Assembly: GCA_030704615.1 (NCBI GenBank)
Contig: CM060731.1
Location: forward strand, 14,632,001 to 14,696,000
Reading direction: 5' to 3'
From: Takakia lepidozioides
Lineage: Eukaryota > Plantae > Bryophyta
DNA: 64,000 bases
Positions 12,566 through 26,656 of this stretch are shown here, one piece after another. How positions within the stretch are numbered: the first letter of the stretch is position 1; each line of letters starts with the position of its first letter. A program made the position numbers and the translations under genes. The notes below the pieces were generated by a model. That model did no database searches and had not been told where the DNA came from. It worked only from the letters and a program-made list of their open reading frames with translations.

Positions 12566-13244
12566 ACCTACTTCTTTCTGCAGAGGTTTTGGATCTCCCT
12601 TCACGGCATAGCCAATAGTGCATCATGACATTATTTAACCTTGGCTAACTTATTGCGGGATTTTTTCATTGGATATCATCTACAGCCGAAATTATTACTG
12701 GGAGCTATTTAATAACAAACTCTGACAGCTCAATGTGGTTGCGAAGTCTGAAATTCTATCAGCTTCCTTCAACTTTCCAATTGGGAATTCAGTTACTTGC
12801 TTTCCAGGTGAAATCTTCACTTCTTTGAAGGTCTACCATGTGTCATGAAAGGGTCCATTTTGAAAGGATCAAGCAACTGAAACTAGGTAGTGTACTTTCG
12901 CTTTGCTGGTTGAAGTTAGGAGGCAAGCTTTCAAGGTCAACTTGTGAAGATCACTACTGCAAGGTCTCTGGCTCTCCAGATCATTTGAAGACACTGATGT
13001 ACTGACATTCAGTATAATATCATCAGGACTTCCATCAAATGTGGCTTGCTGGTTCTGGTAACTAATGATTGGCAACAGTGTGGCCATAGGTGGTGGTGGT
13101 GGTTTTGATAATGTGTTCACAAGTGCATTCTTTGCTTTGCTTCTTTCAATTTTGGAGCATCAACCCATCTGTAGTGCATTGCCTTCACTAATGTACAAAT
13201 AGACCTTTGTCCCTATCTCTCATGGCTGCTTTGTTCCAAGGCAA

Positions 13245-13345
13245 GTCATACTACTGCCGTCGGTCCCTAATTAGGGTAGTCTCTGTCCCTTCGTGTTCCG
13301 CTCAAACTGGGCACAGCATTAGTGGCCACAAGGCTTATGAGTCTC
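13245..13345 (+). mobile_element. Degenerate family A LINE 3'-end remnant
   Basis: CCGCTCAAACTGGGCAC...GTGGCCACAAGGCTTATGAGT matches ~1810-1925. Confidence 0.7.
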
Positions 13346-14486
13346 ATGGCTGCTTGTAGTCTCTTCCTCAGCTCTTTCCTTTTCCATCTTTTCAAAAATA
13401 AGGTGCTAACTCACCACTCACATGGTTGGGCATAGCATGCAGTTTGTTCCTCCTCATCATGACCTTGCTAGTGTTTGCTGTTCACAATTAGTGTTGCGTA
13501 ATCCAGCATTTGGCTCTTACTATTGAACTCACCAAAGATCTTGCCAACTGACCATAAATTAGTTTGGAGTAATGGTGAAAGACTGTGCAAGGAAGTTAGA
13601 CTTGCGAAGTCCACTTTGTGAAGCCTGCATCAAGCCAAAACTCCTCTTATTCACTAAGCTCTCAAGAGGATAGCTAAGCTCACTAAGCTCTCAAGGTCCT
13701 CAGAAATTGTACCAGTAGCCATCCTGGGATAAATATGAAGCTAAAAAATTGAAGTTAATCACCACAGTCACTGCAATCTGGGCCACGAAATTAGGAAGCC
13801 TCTGCAGCATTTGATATATATGGTAACACATGTAGCCAGGTCGCAACCTTGGGAAGTTCTTCTGTGCATTTCTAATCATTTGCGTGCCATGCTTGGATAA
13901 ACAACAATCGCAACCACAGAAGCTCAATGAACACAGCCTGCAGAAGCTGATCAAAGTCGAACAAAACGACTTCCAAACTTGGCATCTAAAGAAAAGGTAA
14001 TCCACCACCAGAGAATTCGACCGCCTGTCCACATAGGACACCGAAACATTAGACAGGACTCCAGGGGTTGTATCTCCGATCATTTACTCAAATTATGATG
14101 GTGACAGAACACCAGGTCTTCATTTTCTGGGTGTTATTGAAAAGACATCAACAACTGTTCCACTGTGCCAAAGGAATTGCACCTGTTAACCCTCATAGGC
14201 TTCATCCAAACCCCAAACCAAAACAGTGCAGCACCTAGGGAATTTTACCATAATGTGGTCGAAAAAGTAAATGGTTGGTGGCTGCACTCAGGAGTGAGAT
14301 TACAAGGGCAACGTAAATTCTCCTTGAGTTCAGGAACTCCCAAGGGGATTTATAGTTATGTAAGGCAAGAAAACCAAACAGGAACCTGATTGCAGCAGTT
14401 AAAATCTAGTGCTAACTATCACTGTAATTCACGGGGTGATTCATGACTGTGATACACTGGTCTTAAGGGAATATTGCAATGAGTAC

Positions 14487-17332
14487 CTGAGGCGGTGGAA
14501 GAGAAGACACCCAATCTGAAGCATGCGTAGGAAGAAGTCCGAGTGTATTGAGCTGTCACGCAGTATCAAGCCACACATGTGAGTACACCCTTGCGGGCAT
14601 GTAACAAGGTATACCACTGATGTCTGGAAAACCCAGCCAATGCACGAAGACAGAACATCTCCAAAGGGAAAACCACATTATTGGTGACATGTGAAAGCAT
14701 TGACCAACTCAGAAGACATTCCATCACATGTCAATCATTGATTCGTCAATAGGGTACCACTGATCCCAAGTTCTTCCGAAAAACACTCAATTCAAAGCGA
14801 GCAAGGGCAAAACTACCTTCCACAAGCCAAGGCCCAAGCCTGCAAGGTTCATCGCAATGTAGAGCAGCTTCGGAAGCAGAGTATCAGTGCGTGCATCCTG
14901 GAACGGTTCAAACACTGCACATCTCACCAAATTGATGTCATCACAATGATCCAGTGCATGGCGAATGCATCTGGAACCATGGTTATTGTTAGCACTTTCC
15001 ACACTTAGATCTCGGGTTATGGTGCACCATTGACAACCACCTGAAGAGGTGTGTCACGTTAACTTCACTCTACTCAATTGACCTCGGTAAACACGACCCA
15101 CCAATATGGCCAACTAAGAGCTTGTTGCTTCCCATCAGAGCTGCCAGGCTGGAATGGTACATGTACATCCCTGCAACTACAAGCCCTATGACCACAAGGC
15201 ATTGCCAGCAATAGCTGCAGCAAGCAGAGCTCAGCTCTAAAAGTGATGTCAATGCATGGACTCTCACACTGCGAGCCTTAAACTGCCCGTATATGAGAAG
15301 TACCACTAGCGAGAGAAAGCAGCTTGCAATGGCATCCCTACTTCCTTGCATGACAATCCGATAATATCATGTGCCCTGAAGCACAGAAGGAATTCAAAAT
15401 AGCACCATACCCTTCAAGGCTGCATACAGGTCAAGGATGTGAGATTTTACCTTTGGTTACACCCTGAAGAGCACTGATAGGTTGCCAGAGGGCAGAAAAT
15501 GTGATGCCGATGCTGAACAGATGGACAGTGCTGCCCGCCATCCACATCATGAAGCCCATCATGAACAAATTTCGAAATGGCCCCTGCGCTACCTCCCAAG
15601 CTTTCTGCCAACCCACATCCAGCCAGTGACGGACTCCTTTAACAGCTCACCTTACAAGAAACCTGTAGATATGTCCCCAGGATTCCTGTGCTACAGCATC
15701 ATCTCAATACCAGCCCTTCCATCAAACTTCCAATCCCTGTGCGTGAATGTCATTTGCTGCGCACAACACAAACTTTGGCTGGATTTTGTACTTCCTTTAA
15801 ATTATTTCAAGTGTATATAAATTTTCTGTTTTTCTTATCATCGGCATCATTTTCATGGACGCATGTTCCATGAGAAAGCAAGACGTGGATACCGCTCTTC
15901 ATACCTCTCTTCCCTACAATGTTTTTTTGTATTTCACCGGTAAGTAATAATGTTTCAGGGGTCGTGATATTAATGAACTAGTCAAGTATGACATAAATCC
16001 CCATCAAGGATGTTTAATATCCTGCAGGGAAAAAGCCCGCAACATTACATCAAGCCTTCATAGGAGCCATTAACAAGCAAATCCATTCTCCAGCTGTGCC
16101 ACTTCAGTCCTCGATAGAAAGAGTATCTATCCTCACAAAGATTCAGCAAGCACAGCCAATAAAGCTCTGTTATTTCTTGATTTTCTCAGTTACTTATGGA
16201 GAAGGTGTGAGAAGAGAGAGAGAGAGAGACCAACCTGTTGTTTCCAAGAAACCTCCACCTCCTTCTTTTGACGGCCGGTTGTAGTTTCTTCCTGCCGCAA
16301 CCCCAACCAATCTCAATTCTCACTCGCCCACACTCCATCAAAGTGCAGCACCACAAAACCCATCTTCACTTTGGGTTCAGTGAAGAATCACACTTCTTCC
16401 CTTCAGTTTTTCTACTCGAGACTGGCTAGCAAAATCTCTGTCATCGATGACCTAGCCCTATAGTGCCAGCCACACATCCGAGCGAAGTCCAAAATCATTG
16501 TATGCAATCTCTCTAGTTACCAGAGACCCCACTCACATCCCTAAACCTCTCCCACTGGTGGAGTACTGAGATCAATGCTGTGATGATATTCTGGGTCCAT
16601 TGTTCACCAGTTCCTATAAGCTTCTGAATGCAATCAGGAGCTTAGGTTATCAACCACCTGTGTGGCACAGGAGAAAGACAACAATATCTAACTAGCTATA
16701 GACAACAGGACAAACTGAGCTGCCCATTATGGTGCAGAAGTTAATCGCCTTGTATCTGTCATTGAAGGCACTCCCCTTTTACCGGCCACTCGAGAGGGGC
16801 GGAAATCACAATAAAGAACACAATTGTGCTCCTACAGACAACCACACCATAGTCTCAAGTTTCCGTCTCCCTCATCCTGGTCCCGGAGCACGCTTCAGAG
16901 AGACAGTCATGCATGTTGATCCATTTGCAAAGGATGAACTTAAATCGCTGGTGTTTTGCAAGATTTCCATTGACTAACTGCGAAATTTGGCAAGAGCTTC
17001 CCTTAAGGACATACCCGGGGTACCAAACCGCCGGAGCCGGTTGAGGGTGAGTGACTCGTCCCGAAATCGACAAGACGCACGCACACATTGGGCGAGCAGG
17101 TTAGGGGAAATTGAACCCGTGATATAGCTCCTGAGTTAACCATCATCCTGGAAAACAAATTGTTCATTTCGAGGGGGAAAAGAGAGAGAGAAAAAGATCA
17201 GACCAGATCCAGTGAAGAACGTGAGAACCCAAGAGGATCTGGGACATCTCTAGGCGAAGGAGGCGCAGCATCAGACAACTCCACAGCCCATTTCCGTACC
17301 GACCCCGCCCCTCTGCCGCTTCCTCTCTCCAT
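14487..17332 (-). CDS. EMC4: ER membrane protein complex subunit 4 (DUF1077); terminal exon not resolved
   Basis: Exons 17332-17204, 16291-16235, 15604-15451, 14914-14817, 14552-14487. KAWEVAQGPFRNLFMMGFMMWMAGSTVHLFSIGITF and LNTLGLLPTHASDWVSSLPPPQ. Confidence 0.93.
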
Positions 17333-18522
17333 CGCAGTTCCAAACCCTGACAATGGAACAACACCACTCCTGTGTCTCGTTTCGAAGATGCCTTCTCCGG
17401 ATGAAATCATATTCCTCATTGATCCAACAGTGTGCTACTGGATGAATATTCAATCTTCCATCATCGCATTCAAGTCGCTGCAGCTTCTTCTTCTTCTTCT
17501 TCAACGTTTGGGTATTGTTGCAAGGAGGTGTCATAAACGTAAAAGGAAGAAGAAGATGTACTCACGATTAAGTATACCTAACAGTCATTGACATTAGCGC
17601 AGACAGCCCATGAAGCAGGTAGGCTTTCGGGGAGTAAATTTCAGGGTGCCCTGACATGTTTTGTTTGGGCTTCCCACAAATGTGAGGGAAATCAGATCAA
17701 CTCGTGTGGGTGACATAAACCCTGTATGTAAGATGCAAGGAGCGTCTTGCATGGCTTCGAGGGTTATGCCCTCAAACAGGCTTGCGAGGAGTGTCTGCAC
17801 ACAGGGTCTCTTCTTGTTGACGGGTTCCAAGTCGTATGTTGCCACTAAAAGGTATGTCATTCCCAGAGGCGTATTTTTCAGTCAGCGGTGTTCTTTCTCA
17901 CTTTAGACCTTCTGGGAAAGATTGCCCCACAATGGTTATCCCTGTGTGTTTGTGTGAGGAAGAGATGTACTCAGAAGTATGATATGGGTTATACAATCTC
18001 CCACTGGGTGAGCATCTGAGCTGGATTCACCATAGCTCCAAAAGCTAGCTTCATCAGAAGTTTTAAAACTTGAGGGTGACTTGAGAGTTGAATGAAGGTT
18101 TGTAGAACATCGGTACAGGAGAGTGGACATGTACTCCTAATTTCTCTTGCACTAGCCCCTTCACCATGTGCGTGGGTTTAGACCAAAATTAAGTGGGAAG
18201 GGTAGAGCACAATGGTAGCCACCACCATCAAGAGAGTCTAGTTCTAGTAGTGGTGTTTTGGAGTTCATTCGAAACCCAAAATCCTTTCAGAAGGTAGATC
18301 TGTGTGTGTGCTTGCTGTAGATCCTTTATGTGCTTTCAACAGAGCAGAAAAGGGGCGACAGAAGGATGGGTGGGGCGGGGGTGGAGACTGTGATGTACTC
18401 ATCTGTTCCGTATGATGGAGCCCTAAGGGTCCCCACTAAGAAGATAGAGACAATAGCCACTGGGACATCCCTGCAATCGTGGCCTGCAAACAATGGTTCT
18501 CGAGTATACTTGATGAAAGATC

Positions 18523-19017
18523 ATGGATTTTGTTCCACTATGCTATCCTGAAAATCGTCTCAATTGGTACTCTTGCAGAACGAGTCAAAGGAGCTTGTAT
18601 GTGAAGTATATCTTAAACACCAATTCACCTCCGGGCAGTGGGGATGGTTTAGAACCGCCCAGCATGAATCGATTTGGTCTTGGAAGCACTCGACTTGGGA
18701 GACTAGTGTTAGGCGGACAGCAACAGCTTTTACAGAGGTGGAAGACTCTATGCCAGAACTTTCCAACCAGAATCTTTCTTCTTCTTTTTGGGTACTACTC
18801 TGCCAATGCATTTGCTACCATTTTGGGTCAGACAGGTGACTGGGATGTGCTGGCGGCCGGCCTGATTGTGGCTGTGATAGAGGGCATCGGCTACTTGATG
18901 TACCGTGTTCCTCCGTTCATTGGAGAGAAGGTGAAAGATGTGGTGGAATTTGTGAACTACTGGAAGGCAGGATTCTCGTTTGGTCTGTTCGTGGACGCAT
19001 TCAAGCTCGGCAGCTGA
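18523..19017 (+). CDS. Ycf20-like protein (DUF565); the true N-terminus is probably on an upstream exon near 18365
   Basis: TRLGRLV...IFLLLFGYYSANAFATILGQTGDWDVLAAG...NYWKAGFSFGLFVDAFKLGS*. Possible splice acceptor at 18578. Confidence 0.9.
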   Translation: MDFVPLCYPENRLNWYSCRTSQRSLYVKYILNTNSPPGSGDGLEPPSMNRFGLGSTRLGRLVLGGQQQLLQRWKTLCQNFPTRIFLLLFGYYSANAFATILGQTGDWDVLAAGLIVAVIEGIGYLMYRVPPFIGEKVKDVVEFVNYWKAGFSFGLFVDAFKLGS

Positions 19018-20251
19018 TCATCACTCTCTCCTCCCGCCCTTCTACTCTAAGTACTCCCCTTGAGAATCATAGTCAAGCACTGTTTCCGACTGCAATGTCA
19101 TCAGACGAGGCACATTCCGTTTGGAATGTCGAACGCACCGTCCACTTTCCATAGATGAAAGTCGTTAGCCACGGTTGTGATGAGAGTAGCTGGGCTTACG
19201 TGGCTGCACCATATTGGAACCCTTAGTTGAAAAGTCATTCGACTACCATTTCAAGAAAATTGTTTTTGTATTGGCTTTCTTTTTATTTTGAGAAAATGGG
19301 ATTTCGTCTTGGTGCAACACACATTGCTGGCTTCGTGGATGCTTATCATCCAGTCTGATGTGGATAACTGTATACCTTCATGGATGATTATCATTTTGAT
19401 TGTCATGTATAGCAATTGCCCAGATATCACAAATCTGAATCTAAGATTGGTGTCGTGTGCATATCGCTATCCAAACCCACACAACACATGAATACACACA
19501 AACCAGTCTCCCATAATCTCTAAATTAAGCTCACATGCTAAGTAACAAGGGAGTTCTCAGTCATGCACGCTCAACTCGAGAGATGAGCCGCCCGACTAAC
19601 AAGCCTGAAGAGATCTTGACACCTGATTTAGCACCTGAATTAATTTCAAGTATTAAAGTCAAATAACCAGATATATTCTAGTTAGTTTCACACTATAATA
19701 AAATTTACTTGACATCGGTGTTGATTTGATTCTAATATATGCTTACACAAACTGCTACACACAAAATTAGAGAAGAGGGCCAGCAATCCGAAAAATGTGA
19801 TATTCGTTTTTTTCACTAAGTGATTTCTATATCAACATGTAGGATGTTCATCTGTTCCTCTTGTAAGCAATTTAAGTAAACTTTTTAGTTGTTGCTTGAC
19901 CTCTCATCATATTTGTGGCGATCAATAACAACATTGAAATTAATTATAATGTTTGGTAGTGCAGAAAGACAAAAGAAATAAACAAAATATGAGCAACTCA
20001 CTAGATTTTGAAACATATATTATAAGAAGTACAATTTTACTGAGGAACTCAATGCCCTTATTGTCTAGTCTAAGAGTGAAATTACAAAAGAAAAGCTAAT
20101 ATAGCTCGCTACTATCATGTATCAGAAACACTACAAAGCAAAAAATGCAAATTGTTTGTAAACTCCACGAGCTTAGTGCTTTAAATGTGCCAACAATTTG
20201 ACCTCTTCATCATCTCGTGGTACTGCGTCTATATTTTTGCTCGGCTTATTT

Positions 20252-20386
20252 ACACAATCTTTTCCCCTCTCTGTCCCGCACAAACAGTCTTTGCTCACCA
20301 TCTTGGTTTACAATCACAATGAATATTCTATACTTTTCTTTTTCCCTGCCTCAATTGGAGCTTCTCTGATGTGTGGTCTCTCTCAC
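20252..20386 (+). repeat. ~135-bp direct repeat of 48701-48832, the upstream region of the C2-domain gene
   Basis: Alignment by eye gives 8 substitutions and one 3-nt indel. Confidence 0.9.
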
Positions 20387-21217
20387 AACACTATTTTAAC
20401 TAATTTTGGACTTTTGTTTGGTCCAGAAATAATATAAGATATATGAATAAATATATTCTATAATAGAAATAAAGAGATATATCTATAATTATTTGGCTAT
20501 TTGTGTATTATATAACAACGAATTATATAATCCTCCACACATTCTACCAGAAATACAAGTATATAATGTGGTCTTAGATGAACATCCACTGCCAAGTTGA
20601 CGTTCATTAAAATGAATGGGAGGATGCAATGAATCAAACTATGATGAGAGCTCCGATATCCAAAATGACATACACAAACAAACATGGAACAATGGCAGAA
20701 CCAAATATGAAACAATGATGGCATGTGATGAAGATGACAACATGGAAAAACGAGTCTGTCGGGACCTGATTGATGATATGAAACATTCATATTTTATTTG
20801 AGATTGTATCATTCAAGGCGATGGACCAACAGAAAAATGAACGTCAATTGTTCATCCGTTCATGGACTTAATGTCATACAAGCCATAGATTCTGAAGCCA
20901 TAGAACCGTTACGACTTATACTAACTCATTAATAATACTAAGCCTCCTCCCAAACGGCTCGTAGTCAAGACATGTGTCCGAAGACACCTCCGGTTACCAT
21001 AACCACTTGCAACGGTCTCCGCACCAGAGGAAACAGAGACTTTCAGGAAGGTGAAACCCGGCTGACATTGTCATCTGAAATGTTAATGCCAACTAGACTT
21101 GATGCTCTTGAAGCCTTCCGGCATGCCCGCCATTCTTCCCAATCACGCAGCTATTGTTCCTCTTTTAGAATTCGTTCCTTGAATGTAACTGGGGACATGC
21201 CGTTGAAATGACAAATG

Positions 21218-24200
21218 TTAGGCCCAAAGTAGAAGTTTTGCATAATGAGCATTTGTTGAGATAAGAGTGCAAATGCAAATGCCGAAGAATTGGAAAATCA
21301 AATTCTGAACAAACAATAGAACAATGGGATCCACGTGCCTACCAAGGTAATCAGGTTCTTTTTGTTGTGGGATCCAAACACGAGGATCAAGATATCTTCC
21401 ATACCACCAACAGGCATGGTCTCGACCAATAGGTTTATGAGAACACTTTGCCCGGTTCTCACTAATGTAATCAACAACTGTTGAAGCTCCAGCCATCTCC
21501 AATATATATGGCCACACTACCTTTGTCATATCATCCCGGTCAAGCAAGCCGTTTGGTGATGCCTTGAATGAGAAAGGGAAGAATCCAGCCACTTTGTGGG
21601 TTTCGCAGGCCTTTTGATGGCTCATCATCTCCAAGAAGTATTTGCCCCTACGTAGCAAACGGTCTACCAGGGTACTTGGCAATAACACTGCGAATATCCT
21701 TCACGAGATATTTCATCCCGGGCCTAATATAACCGGTGGTATCCTTGCAATCCTCAGCTGACCATATGAAGATAAACTTCTTCGCTATTTTCGTGGGGAC
21801 GAAGCTCTCCAACATCCTACAAAGAACACCTCTATCAGCGCATGATCAAATGGCCACGTGAAAATGCTTCAATGCAAGGTCCAGAAACTCCAAGACTCCA
21901 GGCCGAGGCACCACAAACGGTCTGTTAGAAACTTGAAGTGTCACATTCCTGAAATGAAATTTCTCCTTAAACAGTGCACCGCCGGTTGGGGGTGGCCGTT
22001 AGCAGAAGAGTCCGTTGACACTCAAAATTAACAACATCCGTTTCTTCTTTCCCGCTGTTGTATGTAAAGGATAAGAGATAAAGTTATCCTAAGCAAGTTA
22101 ATCACACACTGACATTAGTGTTTCTGCCATAGAAATACCCATGACCCAGAATGATTGAGTGTATGGAAGATCAACACGAACGTGCAAAAAGTGGCCAAAA
22201 CCTATACGTGTTGCGGGCTTGGAATGTTTCAAACGGAGGGTAAATATTGCGAAGAAGAGGAACGTCGACTGCCAAGTGGAGGTTCAAGAAAGTACCTTGT
22301 ACGGAGGGAAATTGATGAAGGTATCGTGCTGCATCCTTGTCTGTTGAGAAAAGATGGAGTAAAGTAGTGCAGAACCAAACAAACACAAAAGAAAATAAAA
22401 TGGAGAATTGGTATCGAATAATACCAATGTCGCCTTATTGGAGAGTCTCGCTGGCGGACTTGGGATCCCAACGGACGTGTTTTGACGAGACCCCAGTATG
22501 TCCGAGGTATTCCTTTTCTTCCTCGAGTCTGCTTTGTCTCTGAAGACAGACTTCTCTCCGGTGGAACCGATTTGTAAAAGAGATGGAAATGGTTTGGGGG
22601 CTCTATTCCGCTTCCTTAGTGCCGAACATTGCGCCAATACTGCAGGGTCATGAAGCCGAGAAGTTGCAATTGTTTTGTCCTTGTCATTGTCCAAATGGTT
22701 GCGGAGAAGGGGAACGGAATGGAAATTGTCCCTTGAGCACTCCACATCCTGAATGGAATTCACACGTAATGAAAGGATTACCTCGGAACAGAATTCCAAT
22801 GAAGACGTTGTTTGACAGGAAGGTCATAATCCGCAGATTTTCTAGCTGCCTAGAGTAGAACAAGAACATCAGACCCAGTACTAAGGAAAACAAAAGGACG
22901 AGTAAGAATTCAGATATAAGTAATTTTACCTAACTCCTTCTGATTTGGGCTGTCCAACACTCGTATTGGGGAGAGAATGAGAGAAGAGAGGCAACAGTGT
23001 GTTGCGGAGCCGCAGCCGCGTCCTCAATGGTTGACATTCTCCAGGTAGATTTCAGACCCTTGACACTTAACAGGGAGGGTGAGGATTGTAAAGTGAAGTC
23101 CACGAAATCCTCTGCACATTTGTCAGGTTGGCTTCCACCTTCGACATTCAATCCTAAACAATCATGCGACGGAACATCCTTTTCAGGAGTGGACTGAAGA
23201 AGAGGGTCGTGCAATTGAAGGGAAGTCAAGTGCATAGATGATGCTTCACCGTCGATGACAGAAATCTCAACAGTAGTGTGAATATTGTCCCTCTGTCGAC
23301 GAATTTCTGATATGGAGGATTCCAATGGAGGTCCCGATGAGAAGTTGGCATCGGCACCATCTCCATGAACCTGCCCAAATGAACTTACATGGTCATTGTA
23401 CATTAAAAAAAAGATAACCTCCACTGCAGAGTGGAGGTTGTCGGATTTGAAAAAGCCCCCGCAATGAGATTTCGAGAAGGCCTGTATCCCAGAGGATCGG
23501 GGTGGTATAGGGTGGAGAAACGCAAGGATGAGACTAGGAGATAGCAAACAATTTCATGTCAATTCACATCGAAACGGAAAGCACAATAGACAACAGTCCT
23601 AATAGAAATATAATACAACCTAGAGAAAAACCAACCAAAAATTGAGATTGCATCATAGATGTGGTTGATCAATGAAATCTTTATTTTGAAGCATCATATC
23701 GGAGATTCCGAGAATTATCAATATAATCCAAGAGAGGCTTAAAATGGGATCGATGGAAACATTCTGATAAGGCTTAAGTCCTATCCTCTTTTCCCTGAGA
23801 TAACTGGAAACGGTGCGAGATTTCTTTATTTCAAGCAAATATTTCTGGAGAACCTTTTGGAGATAGCAAGAGTCATTCAAACGATTTTAGAATCAGACAG
23901 GATTCAGGCGGGTTCAACACACACTTAATAGCAGAATCATCAATGAGTAGAGTGTTACTCTTGTTGTACTGACCACCAAATCTTTGCCAGACTGTCATCA
24001 ATGGCTTCAAGAACAGACTCGGTGGATCGTATCCTGATATAAATTGAGGATAGACAGAAGTAGGACATGAGATACAATCTTCTTGAGACATAACGAATGT
24101 CGGCTGAGGAAGACCCCGGAGCATAAAATCCAGGACAGGCTGCAAGTTCTTGTACATCGTGCAGTTCCATATTCCTAGACGGAAATGTTTGTTCAACTCT

Positions 24201-25293
24201 GTCCACATCTCACGATATTTTTCCCGCCTATAGACAAGTCGAAATCCAACAAGAGCTGGTATCTTGTAGTCTGTCTCTGACATCCGGGGGACATTGTAGC
24301 TCTTCTGGTGCTTCAAGATTTTGCACAAAACTCCATTCAAGTCAAAAATTATCAAGCGCAATCCTTTCGCAAGTAGAGAAACTGGTGCTGCAATCTGTGA
24401 GAAATTCATACATCCACTTAGGTGGTAGTCAAGATAAACCATGGACAGGATTGACAACGTCCACTAGACAGTCGAGGTTCAGGAAAATCTTGAGTAGCCA
24501 TCTCATTTCAATCTGTTCCAAGGAAGTGTCAGACAATTTTTGTTTTCTAAGATAAACTTGTCACTGCAAATCCCATAGCAAGAGGCATTTGACCTTTGGG
24601 TCATTATACGGTCGATATCCTATGGGTTTTTCCACGTTGAATATATCAGCGTCTTTTTCGGATAACCGCAACTCTTCAAGGTGCGGTTTGAGTTCATCCA
24701 GAAGAAACTTGTCCTTGTATGGGTCGACGAGCGCTTTCTATTTTGGAAGGAAAATACCGATCAACTTTGGGTTCAAGTAGGACTTATATATATTTTCTAC
24801 AGAGTTGATGAGGAGTGTGTTTGATCTGTACGCTACAGTGTCGTCTACAGTGATAATGTCGTAAAGACGTTTAAGATATATTGGCGCTTTCGGATATTGG
24901 GCCATTCGTCACTGAAAGTCTGTCTATGCTTCACGCAGTCCTCATTGTTGAATTCCCTGACCTTGTAAAACCTTCTTCCAAACAAAGCCAACCCTATATC
25001 CAGGATATTTTCTAACGGTCCAGTGTTCCAAAAGTAGACCTTAAAATGCTTAAGGACCCCTTTCAGAAGTCGTCCAAACCATTTCGGACTGCAAGCTTGA
25101 ATTTTCCAGCGCATACAAAAGGATGGGTTGCGGGAGGGGATCTCGGGCCATCTTGGAGGTAAACCTCACCAAGGTAACCGACGTCAAGAACTAGGACGTA
25201 GTATCCTGGTCGACATCCATTCGGTCCCTCAGAGAGGCGATACCAATCTTGTGGGTTCACAGATTGGTGATAGTCGATTGGAGGGTGAATCAT
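21218..25293 (-). pseudogene. Decayed gene or gene cluster with three tandem FCP1/SCP-like (NIF, HAD-superfamily) phosphatase domains
   Basis: Domain B (23873-24360): LIIFDLNGVL...HFRLGIWN...SQEDC...FLKPL...NTLLIDDSAIKCVLNP. Domain C (~21460-22050): LLILSVNGLF*...RPGVLEFL...HFHVAI*S...WSAEDC...LVKDI...LLGDDEPSKGLRNP. Domain A (~24700-25210): VLVLDVG...VRNGLDDF/...HFKVYFWN...NTLLINS...YKSYLNP. Stops and frameshifts throughout. Confidence 0.8.
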
Positions 25294-25641
25294 ATCATCC
25301 TGTGGAATAACAGAACAATTAATTCATTTTGAAAACTGGAAGAAGGACAAAGAAGAACATTTCTAAGATGGTTATGAAGTATATACCCGTTTCGGGGAGG
25401 GATTTCGAATTTGCTGTTGTGGTTGTTCGCTCTCTTTTCCTTCGCGTTGAGCAACGACCATCTCCGACTCATTTCCTCCATCTCGCAACGTTGACTGGGC
25501 AGTGGAGATTGTTTGTATGACCGAATCAGGTGGGTTGACCCTGATTGTTAAGTCCACCTGCCTCCTCACTGTTTGAGTCGCGATGGATTCTGTCCGAGTT
25601 TTGTGTAATTTCCTCCAATTTTCGTTCATGGATCTATATGA

Positions 25642-26463
25642 GGGTAGCTACCGTGTGAGAAGCTCATGTGAGCACGCTCACGCTTTGCACACTAATTGAC
25701 ATGACAATTCACCCCAAAAACAATAAAAACAATAAAAACTAAATAAAAGCCTTGGTTAGCAGCCATGTTCGTAGAGGGAAACAGGCTCGGCATTAAGCTG
25801 GCGTCAACGCCACCTTAATTCCCAGCCCCTGTTGGAGCTTAATTCCAGCCCAGAAGACCAGCCAGATTAAGGTGGCGTCAAGGTGGCATCAACGCCACCT
25901 TAATCTGGCACATTCGTCTCCTCTCATCTCCCCCTCTTGTGGTCCGCGACAGAGGTGGTTTTGTGCAGAGCAAGGCTAGTATCTTTATAAACAGTTATGC
26001 ATCAATTTTGGGCTCAAAATCAGATAGCAATGGAAGTGTTTTTTGGGAATGACTCATTTGTTTTAAGACAGACATTTATGAAGCACCAGTTTCCTTGCCT
26101 TGCATGTTTGAAGATGTGGTTTCGGTCTTCCTTTAGCGATCCACGGTCTGAATTCGTCGTTTTCATTCATTCACTCTCTTTCTCATCATTTTCATCATCG
26201 CATATTCATCCATCGTTCATCCACTCCTTTCATCCAATTCCTTTTCAAAACACACTCAAACATCAATCAACCACTCCACAATGTTGCTGCTAACCCGCAG
26301 GCTCACTCTTTTATAAAAAAATGCCCCATTTTCGACGCTTGAAGCCCATGGTAATAGGGCTTTTAGCAGGTACAGGTCCGCGGCAATAGGCCGAAAACTG
26401 TGAGCAGAATCTTGCTCACAGTTTTTTCTACTTATGTGAGCTGCTCACAATCTAGCACGCCCC
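25642..26463. mobile_element. Non-autonomous Mutator-like element (822 bp)
   Basis: 11-bp TSD GATCTATATGA at 25631-25641 and 26464-26474. Imperfect G-starting TIRs (GGG..GCTA...TGTGAG.AGCTCA). Confidence 0.75.
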
Positions 26464-26656
26464 GATCTATATGAGTTTTCGTAACCGTCAGTCACATGTA
26501 AAGTTGAAGTAGGTGGGAATATGACGCCAAACAAAAATCAAAATACAGATTAGCTATTGACAAACCACAACCAGAACACAACCAGATGCAATACACACAA
26601 TTTGTTCCATTTAAAATACTTAAAGTCACCATAAATCTCCAAGTGTCATTCGTTAC

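Noticed and set aside
20129-20146. CACTACAAAGCAAAAAA as a CACTA left terminus
   Set aside because: No adjacent subterminal repeats, and no matching TAGTG end with a 3-bp TSD was found.
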